A DNA stretch of 64,000 nucleotides from Candidatus Hodarchaeota archaeon (GCA_048887225.1 JBHLJY010000003.1:160001-224000); one strand, 5' to 3'. Shown: positions 38,619 through 48,990, numbered from the stretch's first letter. Notes: generated by a model not told the origin, from the sequence alone. A program made the numbers and translations.

Positions 38619-39908
38619 GTGGGTTTAATGGGTAAAATCAATTCAGAAATTTCTGGTTTCTATAAATTGTCTATTGAAGAACGTCATAAGATTTTATCCA
38701 ACCTTTTTGATTTAACTCAAGAAGAAATAAAATTATTACGTAATTTTGGTTATTTTACCCAAACTCAGCTGGATACATTGATAGAAAATGTAGTTGGAAG
38801 TTTTCAATTACCAATGGGTATAGCATGCAATTTTAAAGTAAATCATAAAGATTATTTTATCCCTATGGTAATAGAAGAACCTTCTGTCGTTGCCGCTGCT
38901 TCAAATGCAGCTAAATTCGCTAGAAAACATGGTGGTTTCCATTCTGGAAAAATTAAATCAGTTATGATTTCTCAAATTCAAATTACTCAATTAGAAGATA
39001 TAAATGCCGCTAAAGAAAAATTAATAGAGCATAAAGAAAAAATCTTAAATATTGCTAATAATCAAGATCCAATCTTAAAAAAATTAGGCGGTGGAGCATT
39101 TGATTTTGAATTTAGAGAATTGGATACAAAAAAGGGAAAGATGCTAATTCTCCACTTATTAGTCGATGTTTTAGATGCTATGGGAGCTAATTTAGTTAAT
39201 ACTATGGCAGAAGCAGTAAGTCCTTATATTGAAGAATTATGTGGTGGAAAAATCTATCTTCGAATTGTATCTAATTTAGCAGCCAAGCGCATTGCGAGGA
39301 GTAAAGCTGTTTTTGATAAGGAATTATTAGGCGGAGAAGAAGTGGTTGAAGGCATTTTAAATGCTTATGAATTTGCCTTAGAAGATCCCTTTAGAGCAAC
39401 TACTCATAATAAAGGAATAATGAATGGGATTATCGCATTAACTTTAGCTACTGGTAATGATGCACGCGCTATTGAAGCAGGTGCTCATGCCTATGCTTCT
39501 TTAAGTGGAAAATATAAACCTTTAACTAAGTTTGATGTTGATAAAGAAGGAAATTTAATTGGAGAAATAGAAATTCCACTAGCGCTGGGAATAATTGGAG
39601 GAATGACGAAGGTCCATCCAATGGCACGATTAACTCTAAAGATTTTAAATGTTGAAAGTGCTGAAGAGTTGTCTCAAGTTGCTGCCGCTGTTGGTCTAGC
39701 CCAAAATGTTGCTGCCTTAAGAGCATTATCTGCTGAAGGTATACAGAAAGGTCATATGGCACTTCACTCACGAAATATCGCTAAAATAGCTGGAGTACCT
39801 GACAATTTAATAGAAGAAGTTGCTAAAAAATTAGTTGAAGATAAAAAAATTCGCATAGATTACGCCAAAGAGATTTTAAATAATCTTTCAAAAAAGAATC
39901 AAAAATAA
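38619..39908 (+). CDS. mvaA: HMG-CoA reductase, class II
   Basis: SGFYKLS..ER, IENVVG, EEPSVVAAAS, DAMGAN, THNKGIMNG, EGIQKGHM.LH. Confidence 0.95.
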   Translation: MGLMGKINSEISGFYKLSIEERHKILSNLFDLTQEEIKLLRNFGYFTQTQLDTLIENVVGSFQLPMGIACNFKVNHKDYFIPMVIEEPSVVAAASNAAKFARKHGGFHSGKIKSVMISQIQITQLEDINAAKEKLIEHKEKILNIANNQDPILKKLGGGAFDFEFRELDTKKGKMLILHLLVDVLDAMGANLVNTMAEAVSPYIEELCGGKIYLRIVSNLAAKRIARSKAVFDKELLGGEEVVEGILNAYEFALEDPFRATTHNKGIMNGIIALTLATGNDARAIEAGAHAYASLSGKYKPLTKFDVDKEGNLIGEIEIPLALGIIGGMTKVHPMARLTLKILNVESAEELSQVAAAVGLAQNVAALRALSAEGIQKGHMALHSRNIAKIAGVPDNLIEEVAKKLVEDKKIRIDYAKEILNNLSKKNQK

Positions 39909-39920
39909 TGTATTATCCAA

Positions 39921-40472
39921 TTATATTTCTCCCCATCTCTTTATTCCAATATCTATCCCAATTTGATCAAGTATCCTCCCAACAGTATAATTAACTAATT
40001 CATCTACGCTTTCTGGCTTTGTATAATAAGAGGGGATTGGCGGAGCAATAATAACTCCTAGTTTTGCGAGTTTAAGCATATTTCCAAGATGTATTACACT
40101 TAAAGGGCTCTCTCTCACAATAAGTATAAGTTTTCTTTTTTCTTTTATCGTCACATCTGCAGCCCTTGTAATTAAGTTATCTGCATAACCATTTGCGATG
40201 GCAGCTAAAGTTTTCATTGTACAGGGGACAATAACCATAGCATCAATTTTATGTGAACCACTTGCAGGAGGGGCAGCTAAATCATCAGCTTCATAATATT
40301 TTGTGGAAAATTGATGTAAATCCGCAATCTTATATTCCGTCTCAGCTTCAATCACTTTCTCTGCAGCTTTAGATATAATAAGTTCGGTATTAGTTCCCTT
40401 ATCTTTTAGAATTTTAAGTAATTTAACTGCTATTATGATTCCTGATGCACCCGTAATCGCAATTATTATCAA
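39921..40472 (-). CDS. ubiX: Flavin prenyltransferase
   Basis: ITGASG, ASGS, PCTMKTLA.IA.G..DNL..RAADV..KE.R, RESPL. Confidence 0.96.
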   Translation of the reverse strand: MIIIAITGASGIIIAVKLLKILKDKGTNTELIISKAAEKVIEAETEYKIADLHQFSTKYYEADDLAAPPASGSHKIDAMVIVPCTMKTLAAIANGYADNLITRAADVTIKEKRKLILIVRESPLSVIHLGNMLKLAKLGVIIAPPIPSYYTKPESVDELVNYTVGRILDQIGIDIGIKRWGEI

Positions 40473-40542
40473 ATTGAATCACCGATGTTAATACTATAAT
40501 TTCGAAAAGATTTTTTATTTTCATTTATGTCTTTTTTTTTTT

Positions 40543-40645
40543 ACGGTGCGACTCAACAAACCTACCTTCTATTATTAGGTTTGGAAACTATGGCTTGTTG
40601 TCATCAAATCTTTACGGTCTTTGGCGCTAGTGCCAATTTATTTTT
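40543..40645. other. GC-enriched, potentially structured intergenic element between divergent ubiX and ubiD-family genes
   Basis: CAAACCTA/TAGGTTTG, CAACAAACC/GGCTTGTTG and TTGGCGC/GTGCCAA inverted repeats; TTTACGGT direct repeat. Confidence 0.4.
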
Positions 40646-40901
40646 ATTGATACTTTCCTTGATTATTTTTATTAGATTAGCAGAATAGATCTACTATTAA
40701 TCACTATAATCAATATTCTTTATTAAAATCTATTATTATAATAAGATAATTCTGCTTGAGAATAATTAAAATTAGATTTTACAAGCATTATTTAAATTAA
40801 TGGATTAATTGATATTATTCAGAATCTTTCTAATAATCGTATCATTTTCATAATAATAGCTAAAAAAAAAATTAAAGAAATAAATTTTTGAGATAGCATT
40901 T

Positions 40902-42203
40902 ATGGGATTTAGAGAATATTTAGAAAAAATTGATAAGAAAGGACTTCTTCGAAAGGTAAACGTTGAAGTTTCGAAGATATTAGAGATCTCTGGTATTTTA
41001 AAGGAGAGTGAACCAACCCCCGTAATGTTCAATAATGTTAAAGAATCCGAATTCCGATTGGTTGGCAATGTATTCTGTACTAAGAATGTAATTGCTTCAT
41101 ATTTTGGTGTGAATCCCACAGATCTCATACCAATGCTTTCTAGTGCAATTGCACAACGCTCAGAACCAGAAGTCATATCAGACGCTCCTTGTCAAGAAAT
41201 AATAGAATCAAGCGTAGATTTAGAGAAATTACCAATTTTGTTTCATTGCGAAAAGGATGGCGGAAATTATATTAGTTCCGCGGTTGTTATCACTAGGGAT
41301 CCTGATTATGGACAAAACATGGATTTTCATAGAGCTATGCAGTTTTCCAAAGAAAAGTTTGCTACTCGAATAGTTAGAGGACGTCATTTTCATAAATTTT
41401 TAGAAAAAAATGGTGAACTAGATGTTGCTTTTTGTATAGGGAATACCCCTAACGTTCTAATTGCGGGAGCAACTTCTGTGGATATTGGAGTTGATGAATT
41501 ATATATTGCAAATGCTTTAGAGCCAATTAAAGTTGTTAAAGCAAATTCAGTTGATCTCTTAATTCCTGCAGAAGCCGAATTTATCTTAGAAGGACGGGTC
41601 TATATGGAAGAAAAACATGCTGAGGGTCCTTTTGTCGATTTAACAGAAACATATGATATTGTAAGAGAAGAACCTGTTTTTGAAGTCAAAAGAATCACTC
41701 ATAGAAAGGATGCAATTTGGCAAGCTTTATTACCTGGTGCGCTTGAGCATAAAATATTGATGGGAATGCCACGAGAACCAACCATTTTCAATAAAGTGAA
41801 TGAAGCGGGAGTTCAATGCTTAGATGTCAATATAAATCCCGGAGGTTGCTCATGGTTGCATGCAATTGTACAAATTGATAAAAAATCAGAAGAAGATGGT
41901 GAAAAAGCTATTAATGGTGTTTTTGCTGGCCATAGTAGTTGTAAACACGTGTTTATTGTAGATAAGGATATTGATATTTATGACCCATTATCTGTGGAAT
42001 GGGCTATGGCAACTCGATTTCAAGGTGATGTCAGAATGGTTATTAAAGATAAAGAACCGGGAAGCAGTTTAGATCCTAGCGCAGAGCCGGGAACAAAAAT
42101 GACAACTAAAATTGGATTTGATTTAACAAAACCACTCATAGCTAAAGCAAAGAGCTTTGATAAATCGGATTTCCCAAAAGTAGACATGAACAAATATTTT
42201 TAA
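40902..42203 (+). CDS. UbiD-family decarboxylase, probable trans-anhydromevalonate 5-phosphate decarboxylase
   Basis: KDGGNYISS, EGPFVDLT, VDKDIDI, VEWAMATR, GSSLDPS; same operon as the AcnX subunits, MVK and IPK. Confidence 0.9.
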   Translation: MGFREYLEKIDKKGLLRKVNVEVSKILEISGILKESEPTPVMFNNVKESEFRLVGNVFCTKNVIASYFGVNPTDLIPMLSSAIAQRSEPEVISDAPCQEIIESSVDLEKLPILFHCEKDGGNYISSAVVITRDPDYGQNMDFHRAMQFSKEKFATRIVRGRHFHKFLEKNGELDVAFCIGNTPNVLIAGATSVDIGVDELYIANALEPIKVVKANSVDLLIPAEAEFILEGRVYMEEKHAEGPFVDLTETYDIVREEPVFEVKRITHRKDAIWQALLPGALEHKILMGMPREPTIFNKVNEAGVQCLDVNINPGGCSWLHAIVQIDKKSEEDGEKAINGVFAGHSSCKHVFIVDKDIDIYDPLSVEWAMATRFQGDVRMVIKDKEPGSSLDPSAEPGTKMTTKIGFDLTKPLIAKAKSFDKSDFPKVDMNKYF

Positions 42204-42213
42204 TATATAAGAG

Positions 42214-43416
42214 TTGATAATAATTAAGTTAGAACTAGAAGAGAAAGATATGCTGGAAGGGAAGCATGGAAAAGCTGCACAAAAATCGATGGAGATATTA
42301 ACAACATTAGGCGAAATATTTGATGCTGAATGTATGGTTGACGTTCATAGTGTTCAGATAGCAGGAGTTTCCTATGCTAATCTTGGCGAAGCGGGGTTGG
42401 AATTTCTAAACGAAATGGCTGAAGATGGGAATGTTAGAGTTTTAACAACTTTAAATCCAGCAGGAATGGATCGCCAAAATTGGCAAGCATTAGGAATAGA
42501 TGAAGAATTTGCTAAAAATCAGAATAGCGCCATAGATGCCTTTGCTAAGATGGGAATAATTACAACATGTTCTTGTACACCATATCTAATTGGAAACACA
42601 CCTCACTATGGACAACATATTGCTTGGGCTGAAAGTAGTGCTGTTTGTTATTCTAACTCAGTTATTGGAGCTCGAACAAATCGCGAGGGGGGACCAAGCG
42701 CATTAGCAGCAGCTTTAACTGGCAAAACGCCTAAATACGGTTACCATATAGATGAAAATCGTCATGGTCAAATCTTAGTTAAAATAAATGCTCCAGTTAA
42801 AGGCACTGACGAATTTGGAGTATTAGGAAAAATAATTGGAGACAAATTAGTTGAATTAGGAAAAAAAATACCCCATATTACGGGAATTCCTTCCGCTACT
42901 GTTGAAGAACTCAAGTCTTTTTGTGCTTCCATTGCTACGTATGGTGGAACAGCATTATTCCACATGGAACAAATAACTCCGGAGTATAAAGAATATCCTA
43001 AACCAAGTGATGTTGTGTTTGAAATTAATCAAGAAGATTTAGATAATACTCGTGCTGAACTTATAGACGACGATCTTGAAATAGATTTTGTAAGTATTGG
43101 TTGTCCTCACGCTTCAATTCACGAAATTGCAGAAATAGCAAGGTTATTAAGAGGAAAAAAAGTAAAGAAAGAATTTTGGATTACTACTGCTCGACCTACA
43201 AAAAAAATCGCAGATGAAGCTGGTTATTCTAAAATTATTGAAGATGCTGGAGCAAAATTCGCAGCGGACACTTGCTGTGTTGTAGCTCCAATTAAAGGAC
43301 GCTTCAAGGGAATCATGGTTGATTCAGCAAAAGCGTGTTATTACGGGCGCGCAAAGAATAATTTTAAAGTAAAAATTGGTACAATCGAAAAATGTGTTGA
43401 GGAGTCCATTAAATGA
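42214..43416 (+). CDS. Phosphomevalonate dehydratase large subunit (aconitase X)
   Basis: TTLNP, CSCTPY, AWAESSA..NSV.GARTNREG, IGCPHAS, DTC.VV.P, DSAK. Confidence 0.93.
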   Translation: MIIIKLELEEKDMLEGKHGKAAQKSMEILTTLGEIFDAECMVDVHSVQIAGVSYANLGEAGLEFLNEMAEDGNVRVLTTLNPAGMDRQNWQALGIDEEFAKNQNSAIDAFAKMGIITTCSCTPYLIGNTPHYGQHIAWAESSAVCYSNSVIGARTNREGGPSALAAALTGKTPKYGYHIDENRHGQILVKINAPVKGTDEFGVLGKIIGDKLVELGKKIPHITGIPSATVEELKSFCASIATYGGTALFHMEQITPEYKEYPKPSDVVFEINQEDLDNTRAELIDDDLEIDFVSIGCPHASIHEIAEIARLLRGKKVKKEFWITTARPTKKIADEAGYSKIIEDAGAKFAADTCCVVAPIKGRFKGIMVDSAKACYYGRAKNNFKVKIGTIEKCVEESIK

Positions 43417-43802
43417 AATTAGAAGGAAGAAAAATCTATAAAGGAATTGCTGAGGCAGAAGCGATTGTAACGAAAGATGGAATATCTTTTTATGGTGGCG
43501 TTGACCCTGATACTGGCAAAGTTGTTGAGGTTGGACATGAACTTGAAGGTCAAACCATAACAGGAAAAGTTTTAGTCTTTCCTACTGGTAAAGGTTCGAC
43601 TGTAGGATCATACACTATGTATAGAATGAAAAAAAATAATACGGCTCCAGTAGCAATCGTAAATGAACAAATAGATACGATCATAGCAGTAGGTTGTATA
43701 ATAAGTGAAATTCCCTGTGTAGATAAAATTGATATTAATTATATTAAAACTGGACAAAAAGTTATTGTCAATGGTTCAGAAGGTACTGTGGAGGTGGCAT
43801 AA
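43413..43802 (+). CDS. Phosphomevalonate dehydratase small subunit (DUF126)
   Basis: ISFYGGVDP.TG, GKGSTVGSY; start overlaps the large-subunit stop region. Confidence 0.93.
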   Translation: MKLEGRKIYKGIAEAEAIVTKDGISFYGGVDPDTGKVVEVGHELEGQTITGKVLVFPTGKGSTVGSYTMYRMKKNNTAPVAIVNEQIDTIIAVGCIISEIPCVDKIDINYIKTGQKVIVNGSEGTVEVA

Positions 43803-44738
43803 ACGGGAACTGGCAAAGGATATGGTAAGACAATCTTATTTGGAGAACATTTTGTGGTTTTTGGTTTTCCGGCTATTGCATCAGCATTAGGCTCCTATAC
43901 AACTGCAGATGTTAAAGTCGTTGAAGGAAAAAGCTGGACTGTCAATGATCAGAGACCTGCTACGCCCGGCTATAAAAAAAAGAAATATAGTGAGGCAATG
44001 CAATCAATTAAGAATATAATCGAGCATTTAAAAATAGATACGGAGAGTCAAAAACTTGAAATAACTTTCGCCGGAGATTTAATTGCTGCTAGTGGAGTTG
44101 GTGCTTCTGCCGCTCAATGCACATCTTTAACTCGTGCCTTAAACGATAGTTTTAATTTAAAGTTAGATGATGAAAAGATAAATGAAGCTGCGTATGAAGG
44201 AGAGAGGGCCTACCATGGAACACCATCCGGTATTGATAACACGGCTTCAACTTATGGTGGATTGATTTGGTTTGTGAAAAACTTAAGTGGGGGAAAAAAT
44301 ACAATGGAGCTCCTTCAATCACCAAAAAATATACCATTAGTAATCGCAAATTCAGGAATCACGGCCTCAACAACAGAAATAGTTGCTGAAGTCCGGCGCT
44401 TAAAGGAAGCTAACCCAGAAAAATTTGAAAAAATATTTAATGAATATAAGGCATTATCAGAAAAAGCAAAAAAAGCCTTACTTGAAGGAGACATCGACAC
44501 TATAGGAAATTTAATGAATCAAAACCACAAATTACTTCAAAAAATCACCGTTTCAGGGGATATAAATGACAAATTAGTTGATATAGCACTGAAAAATGGA
44601 GCATTAGGTGCTAAAATGACGGGAACAGGGCGGGGTGGTTTGATTATTGCTTTAGCAAAAAACGAAGCAATACAAGAAAATATTGCCAAATCTATAGAAA
44701 AAGAAGGATATGATGCCTGGAGAACATTGATTGGTTGA
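43803..44738 (+). CDS. mvk: Mevalonate kinase (ORF-track start 43854; probable start ACG 43803)
   Basis: GKTILFGEHFVV motif lies upstream of the GTG; SGVGASAA, HGTPSGID, GAKMTGTGRGG. Confidence 0.92.
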   Translation, partial: TGTGKGYGKTILFGEHFVVFGFPAIASALGSYTTADVKVVEGKSWTVNDQRPATPGYKKKKYSEAMQSIKNIIEHLKIDTESQKLEITFAGDLIAASGVGASAAQCTSLTRALNDSFNLKLDDEKINEAAYEGERAYHGTPSGIDNTASTYGGLIWFVKNLSGGKNTMELLQSPKNIPLVIANSGITASTTEIVAEVRRLKEANPEKFEKIFNEYKALSEKAKKALLEGDIDTIGNLMNQNHKLLQKITVSGDINDKLVDIALKNGALGAKMTGTGRGGLIIALAKNEAIQENIAKSIEKEGYDAWRTLIG

Positions 44739-46644
44739 GTGTGAATTAAAATTGAAAAGTAGTAATGAAATAATTCTGTTAAAGTTAGGTGGAAGTTTAT
44801 TAACCGATAAAAATAAATCTTTTTATATTAGAGAAAATGTTGTAAAAAGCGCAGTTCAACAAATAATTGATGCTAATGAAAAATTAATCTTAATTCATGG
44901 TGGAGGTTCATTTGGCCATCCTCTCGCTAAAAAGTATAGCATTTCGAAAGGACTTGATATATCCATTCCAAATCAAATTCTTGGACTTGCTGAAACTCAC
45001 GAAGCAATGAACAAATTAAACACCTATATAATTAACAGATTTCTTGAAAAAAACAGTCCTGCTATATCAATTCAAGCTTCAAGTATTTTTATAAAAGATT
45101 CTAAGAAAATTTCCACTCAATCCATTGATGTCATTGAGGCAGCTCTTGATATTGGAGTAATTCCCGTTTTATACGGCGATATAATCCTTGATAAACAAGA
45201 TTCATTTTCAATTATTTCAGGAGATCGTATAATTTTGGAATTATGTAAGAACTTACAAAAATTTACAGTTTCAAAAGTTATTTTTACGATTGAAAAAGAT
45301 GGTATTTACATTAAGGATAAAAAAGAAAATATCAAATTGGCTTTGGAACTTAATCATAAGGAATTAGACAACATTCGCCTTGCTGAATTAGATCAAAAAA
45401 TAGATGTTACTGGTGGGATAGAAGGAAAAATTAATTCAATTAAAGAAATTTCTAAACTAAAAATTCCTGTTCAAATTATAAATGGATTAAAAGAAAAATT
45501 TATATTTAAGGCTTTAAAAGGTTTAGATTTAAGATGTACCAATATCAAAATTAGTACTGTAAAAGCAGAAATAGAAGAAATTCGTGATAGAAAGCTAGAT
45601 CATTTAAGAATTCCTATTGAATACAATGTACAGCATTCAGAAAATTATTTTAAATATATTAAGTTAATTCACAATCCTCTTCCAGAAATGGATTATGACG
45701 AAATTGATCTCTCTATTCAATTTTTTAATAAGGAAGTCTCTGCTCCCATTTGTATTGCTGCGATAACTGGCGGCCACCCCATTTCTAAAGAAATTAATCG
45801 AATTTTGGCTGAAGCTGCCGAAAAAGAAAAAATTATAATGAGTGTAGGAAGCCAACGTGCTGGATTAGTTGATCCTACTCTGATAGATTCCTTTAATATC
45901 GTAAGAAATGTAGCACCTAGTATTCCCATTATTGGAAATATAGGTATAGGTCAATTAAGTGATCCCAATTTTAATTTAGAGGATTTTAATAAATGTATTA
46001 AGATGATAAATGCTGATGCCATGGCTATTCATTTTAACGCGTTACACGAATTGGTCCAAGATAAAGGAAATCGCTCTTATAAATATTTCCGAGATAATTT
46101 CCAAAAAATAAGAGCATCAACTAATACTCCTATAATTGCAAAAGAGGTAGGTGCTGGTTTTAATCAAGAACTTGCCTTAAAACTCAATAATCTCGGATTT
46201 GATGGTTTTGATGTTGGAGGTGCTGGCGGTACTAGTTTTGCTGCTGTTGAATCTCACCGTAATTTCAATTTCAGTGAAAATTTTACTAGAAATCCCGCAG
46301 AAATATTTAGAGAATGGGGCATCCCTACTCCTGTAAGTGTATATTATATTAGAAAAGTCACAAAAAAATTAATAATTGCAACTGGCGGGTTAAGAACAGG
46401 AATAGATATTGCTAAATGTATTTCTTTAGGGGCAGATATTGGTGGATTCGCTTATAAATTTCTTTTATCCTCGTGGAAAGATTATAAAAATAACTCAATT
46501 TCTCACACTATCAAAGAAATTAGAACATTAAAAAACGAATTGCGCTCTTGTCTATGGTTAATGAACTTAAAAAATATTATTGATTTAAAAGGCAACATAA
46601 ACAAAAGAGTAATTCTTGGTAAATTAAATCAATGGTTAAGTTAA
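44731..46644 (+). CDS. Isopentenyl phosphate kinase fused to type 2 IPP isomerase (IPK-IDI2)
   Basis: KLGGS.LT.K, HGGGSFGH, GD, SGD, DVTGG; then RKLDH, ITGG, GSQR, H.N..HE.VQ, KEVG, GAGGTS, TGGLRTG.D.AK. Confidence 0.93.
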   Translation: MVECELKLKSSNEIILLKLGGSLLTDKNKSFYIRENVVKSAVQQIIDANEKLILIHGGGSFGHPLAKKYSISKGLDISIPNQILGLAETHEAMNKLNTYIINRFLEKNSPAISIQASSIFIKDSKKISTQSIDVIEAALDIGVIPVLYGDIILDKQDSFSIISGDRIILELCKNLQKFTVSKVIFTIEKDGIYIKDKKENIKLALELNHKELDNIRLAELDQKIDVTGGIEGKINSIKEISKLKIPVQIINGLKEKFIFKALKGLDLRCTNIKISTVKAEIEEIRDRKLDHLRIPIEYNVQHSENYFKYIKLIHNPLPEMDYDEIDLSIQFFNKEVSAPICIAAITGGHPISKEINRILAEAAEKEKIIMSVGSQRAGLVDPTLIDSFNIVRNVAPSIPIIGNIGIGQLSDPNFNLEDFNKCIKMINADAMAIHFNALHELVQDKGNRSYKYFRDNFQKIRASTNTPIIAKEVGAGFNQELALKLNNLGFDGFDVGGAGGTSFAAVESHRNFNFSENFTRNPAEIFREWGIPTPVSVYYIRKVTKKLIIATGGLRTGIDIAKCISLGADIGGFAYKFLLSSWKDYKNNSISHTIKEIRTLKNELRSCLWLMNLKNIIDLKGNINKRVILGKLNQWLS

Positions 46645-46693
46645 ATCTTTAAAAAAAAAATTATTAAATTTAGGATTTTACATACTGTTTTTC

Positions 46694-48934
46694 TTATTTT
46701 GGTAGAAATTTGAATACCCCTTCTAAATTTTTTGAAATTGCATCCCGCGAAAATAAAAAAGGTATATACTTGCCTCGAACATATGATTTCATTAAGTCTT
46801 TATAGTGCTTATGAAATGGCAATCCTGATTGACCGCCTGGAATAATCCCGATCGACTTATCCCAATCAGAGAGGTCATGAATTTGCCGGTACGAAGGTCC
46901 TACAGTCATTGCAAAATCACTTAAAGGATCGTAATAACCATTATTGAGCGTGTTCAAATCACCACCAATTTTGAAAGGGCCAATATTTAATGCTTTAGCA
47001 GCATCATCAGCGAGAGAAAATGGATGAACAAGCGTAAGTTTATGGAAATTCCCCCATTCCCACTTGTTATAATCTGAAGAAATTTTTTCAGACAATGAAT
47101 TAATTGTTTTTTCTAATGTGTTAACAAGAATTTCTTCAAGTCCCTCGGGTTTATCATCGTAAATTTTAAATAATCTATCGAGTTCATAAGGGCAACCACT
47201 TAAAGAAGCATCGAGAAATTCTTTATCAATATACGGATTAAGTATCGCTTTTATAGTTTCTAAGTGCCAGACCTTGTAAATAGTACCTGCCACACTCTTA
47301 CTTGTTAATTTATAATCCCACTTTTCTAATATTGATATTATTTCTGGAATTATTTTGGATATTGCTTTTGATTTTACTTTTTTTAGCATAATTGGTAGCA
47401 ATTCAGCAGCTTCTTCAGAAAACTGATCGTTTTGAAAATTTTTAATATCTTCTATCGAGAATTTTTCTTTTGACTGGAGTAAATTTTTTAATCTTTTTTG
47501 TCTGTAGAATCCTATTGAGTCTTGAGATATAAGTGCCCCATTAGGAGCTTTATCTTCGTTATAATTTGCTGTATACACAAAACTATAATCTGGATTGAAA
47601 ACTGAAAACATTTTTTCGAATGGAACTAAACCACACCAGTTGTATTTTTCATCCGTGCCAGGAGTAACCATGGCCCCATTCCCATATTTCCTTGTAGGGA
47701 TCTTTCCACCATGCTGATGCCCAATATTACCGTCTATATCGCCATAAAGAAAATTCTGAGGTGTAATAGTCATCAATTTCGTGCCATCTCTAAATTCATC
47801 CCAATTTAATGCTTTGTTAATTTTAAGGAATCCTTCCAAATTATCTTCAAGTTTTGCTCCGAAACTCGACCAACGCAAGGCATACTTTCCAGGGAGTTTT
47901 ATTCTATATATTTTATTATCTATCTCGAAATACTCTACGACAGGGCCAAATTTTGTCATTAACACTTTAAATGGTATAGGATTGGGCTCTTCCCTAATAG
48001 TTATTGGTTCTTCAATGATCTCGAAGTCTATCCATTGTTCGTTGTAAAGGTATTGGTTCTCATTTTCAGGATTTAATTCTAATTTAAATAAATCTACATT
48101 ATCTGCCGAGACATTTGTACATCCCCAAGCAATTCTTTTGTTATGTCCTAAAACAACACCAGGGAGCCCTGGAAAAGAAGATCCAAAAACATTTAAATCA
48201 GGGCAGTTTAGATGAATTAAAATCCATATAGCTGGCACAGTAAGAGGTAAATGTGGGTCGTTTGCGAATAATACTGATCCTGACACTGATTTATTAGGAC
48301 CTATTACCCATCCATTACTTCCGATAGGGTTCTCTAATTTAGCTCCTGAATAGAGTGGGATAATTTTATCTGCCATTTCAGGTCCTAATTTCATAACAAG
48401 ATGTTCACGCAATAACTCCAAAGGATAATTTCCACTCAAACCCCATTCAATTAAACTAACGATTTTAAAAGAATCTTCAAGCTTCCATTCCCTTGGTTTT
48501 ATCTCAAGAACTGAGAATTCGATCGGGGGATTAATCCTTGCTTTTTCAATACCTGCATTAACACCTGTTATATATGATTGTAACAATTGAAGTTGTTCAT
48601 TATCTGGTTCTTTCAATAATCTTTCGACACAATTTCTCGCGATCCGATGTAATCCAATTATTTTATAGTGTTTATCCATATCAAGAGTAACATTGCCAGT
48701 AAGTTCTGAAATTTCTCCAGTCGTTAACCGCCTAAAAAGTTCCATCTGCCATAATCGATGGCGTGCATGGATGTATCCTTGGGCACAATATGCATCTTCG
48801 AGTGATTTAGCATAAATATGGGGAATTCCCCATTTATCCCAAAGAATTTCAACCTCCTCTTTGATCCCTTCTAAAGATTCAGAACCTTCAGTAGGAGGAA
48901 AAGCATTTTTTGCAATTTGAAGTATTTCTTCCAT
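46694..48934 (-). CDS. Penicillin acylase family Ntn-hydrolase
   Basis: DKWGIPHIYA, AQGY.HA..RLWQM, GSNGWV (nucleophilic Ser), ANDPHL, GGQSG. Confidence 0.93.
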   Translation of the reverse strand: MEEILQIAKNAFPPTEGSESLEGIKEEVEILWDKWGIPHIYAKSLEDAYCAQGYIHARHRLWQMELFRRLTTGEISELTGNVTLDMDKHYKIIGLHRIARNCVERLLKEPDNEQLQLLQSYITGVNAGIEKARINPPIEFSVLEIKPREWKLEDSFKIVSLIEWGLSGNYPLELLREHLVMKLGPEMADKIIPLYSGAKLENPIGSNGWVIGPNKSVSGSVLFANDPHLPLTVPAIWILIHLNCPDLNVFGSSFPGLPGVVLGHNKRIAWGCTNVSADNVDLFKLELNPENENQYLYNEQWIDFEIIEEPITIREEPNPIPFKVLMTKFGPVVEYFEIDNKIYRIKLPGKYALRWSSFGAKLEDNLEGFLKINKALNWDEFRDGTKLMTITPQNFLYGDIDGNIGHQHGGKIPTRKYGNGAMVTPGTDEKYNWCGLVPFEKMFSVFNPDYSFVYTANYNEDKAPNGALISQDSIGFYRQKRLKNLLQSKEKFSIEDIKNFQNDQFSEEAAELLPIMLKKVKSKAISKIIPEIISILEKWDYKLTSKSVAGTIYKVWHLETIKAILNPYIDKEFLDASLSGCPYELDRLFKIYDDKPEGLEEILVNTLEKTINSLSEKISSDYNKWEWGNFHKLTLVHPFSLADDAAKALNIGPFKIGGDLNTLNNGYYDPLSDFAMTVGPSYRQIHDLSDWDKSIGIIPGGQSGLPFHKHYKDLMKSYVRGKYIPFLFSRDAISKNLEGVFKFLPK

Positions 48935-48990
48935 ATTTATCTCATTAAATTTTATTTAATTTAAATATTAAACTTTAAATCTATAAGAGG

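Noticed and set aside
40543-40645. FMN riboswitch or SECIS next to ubiX
   Set aside because: Lacks the FMN aptamer consensus, and there is no upstream co-oriented UGA-containing gene for a SECIS
40805-41176. 123-aa minus-strand ORF
   Set aside because: Antisense to the UbiD-family gene
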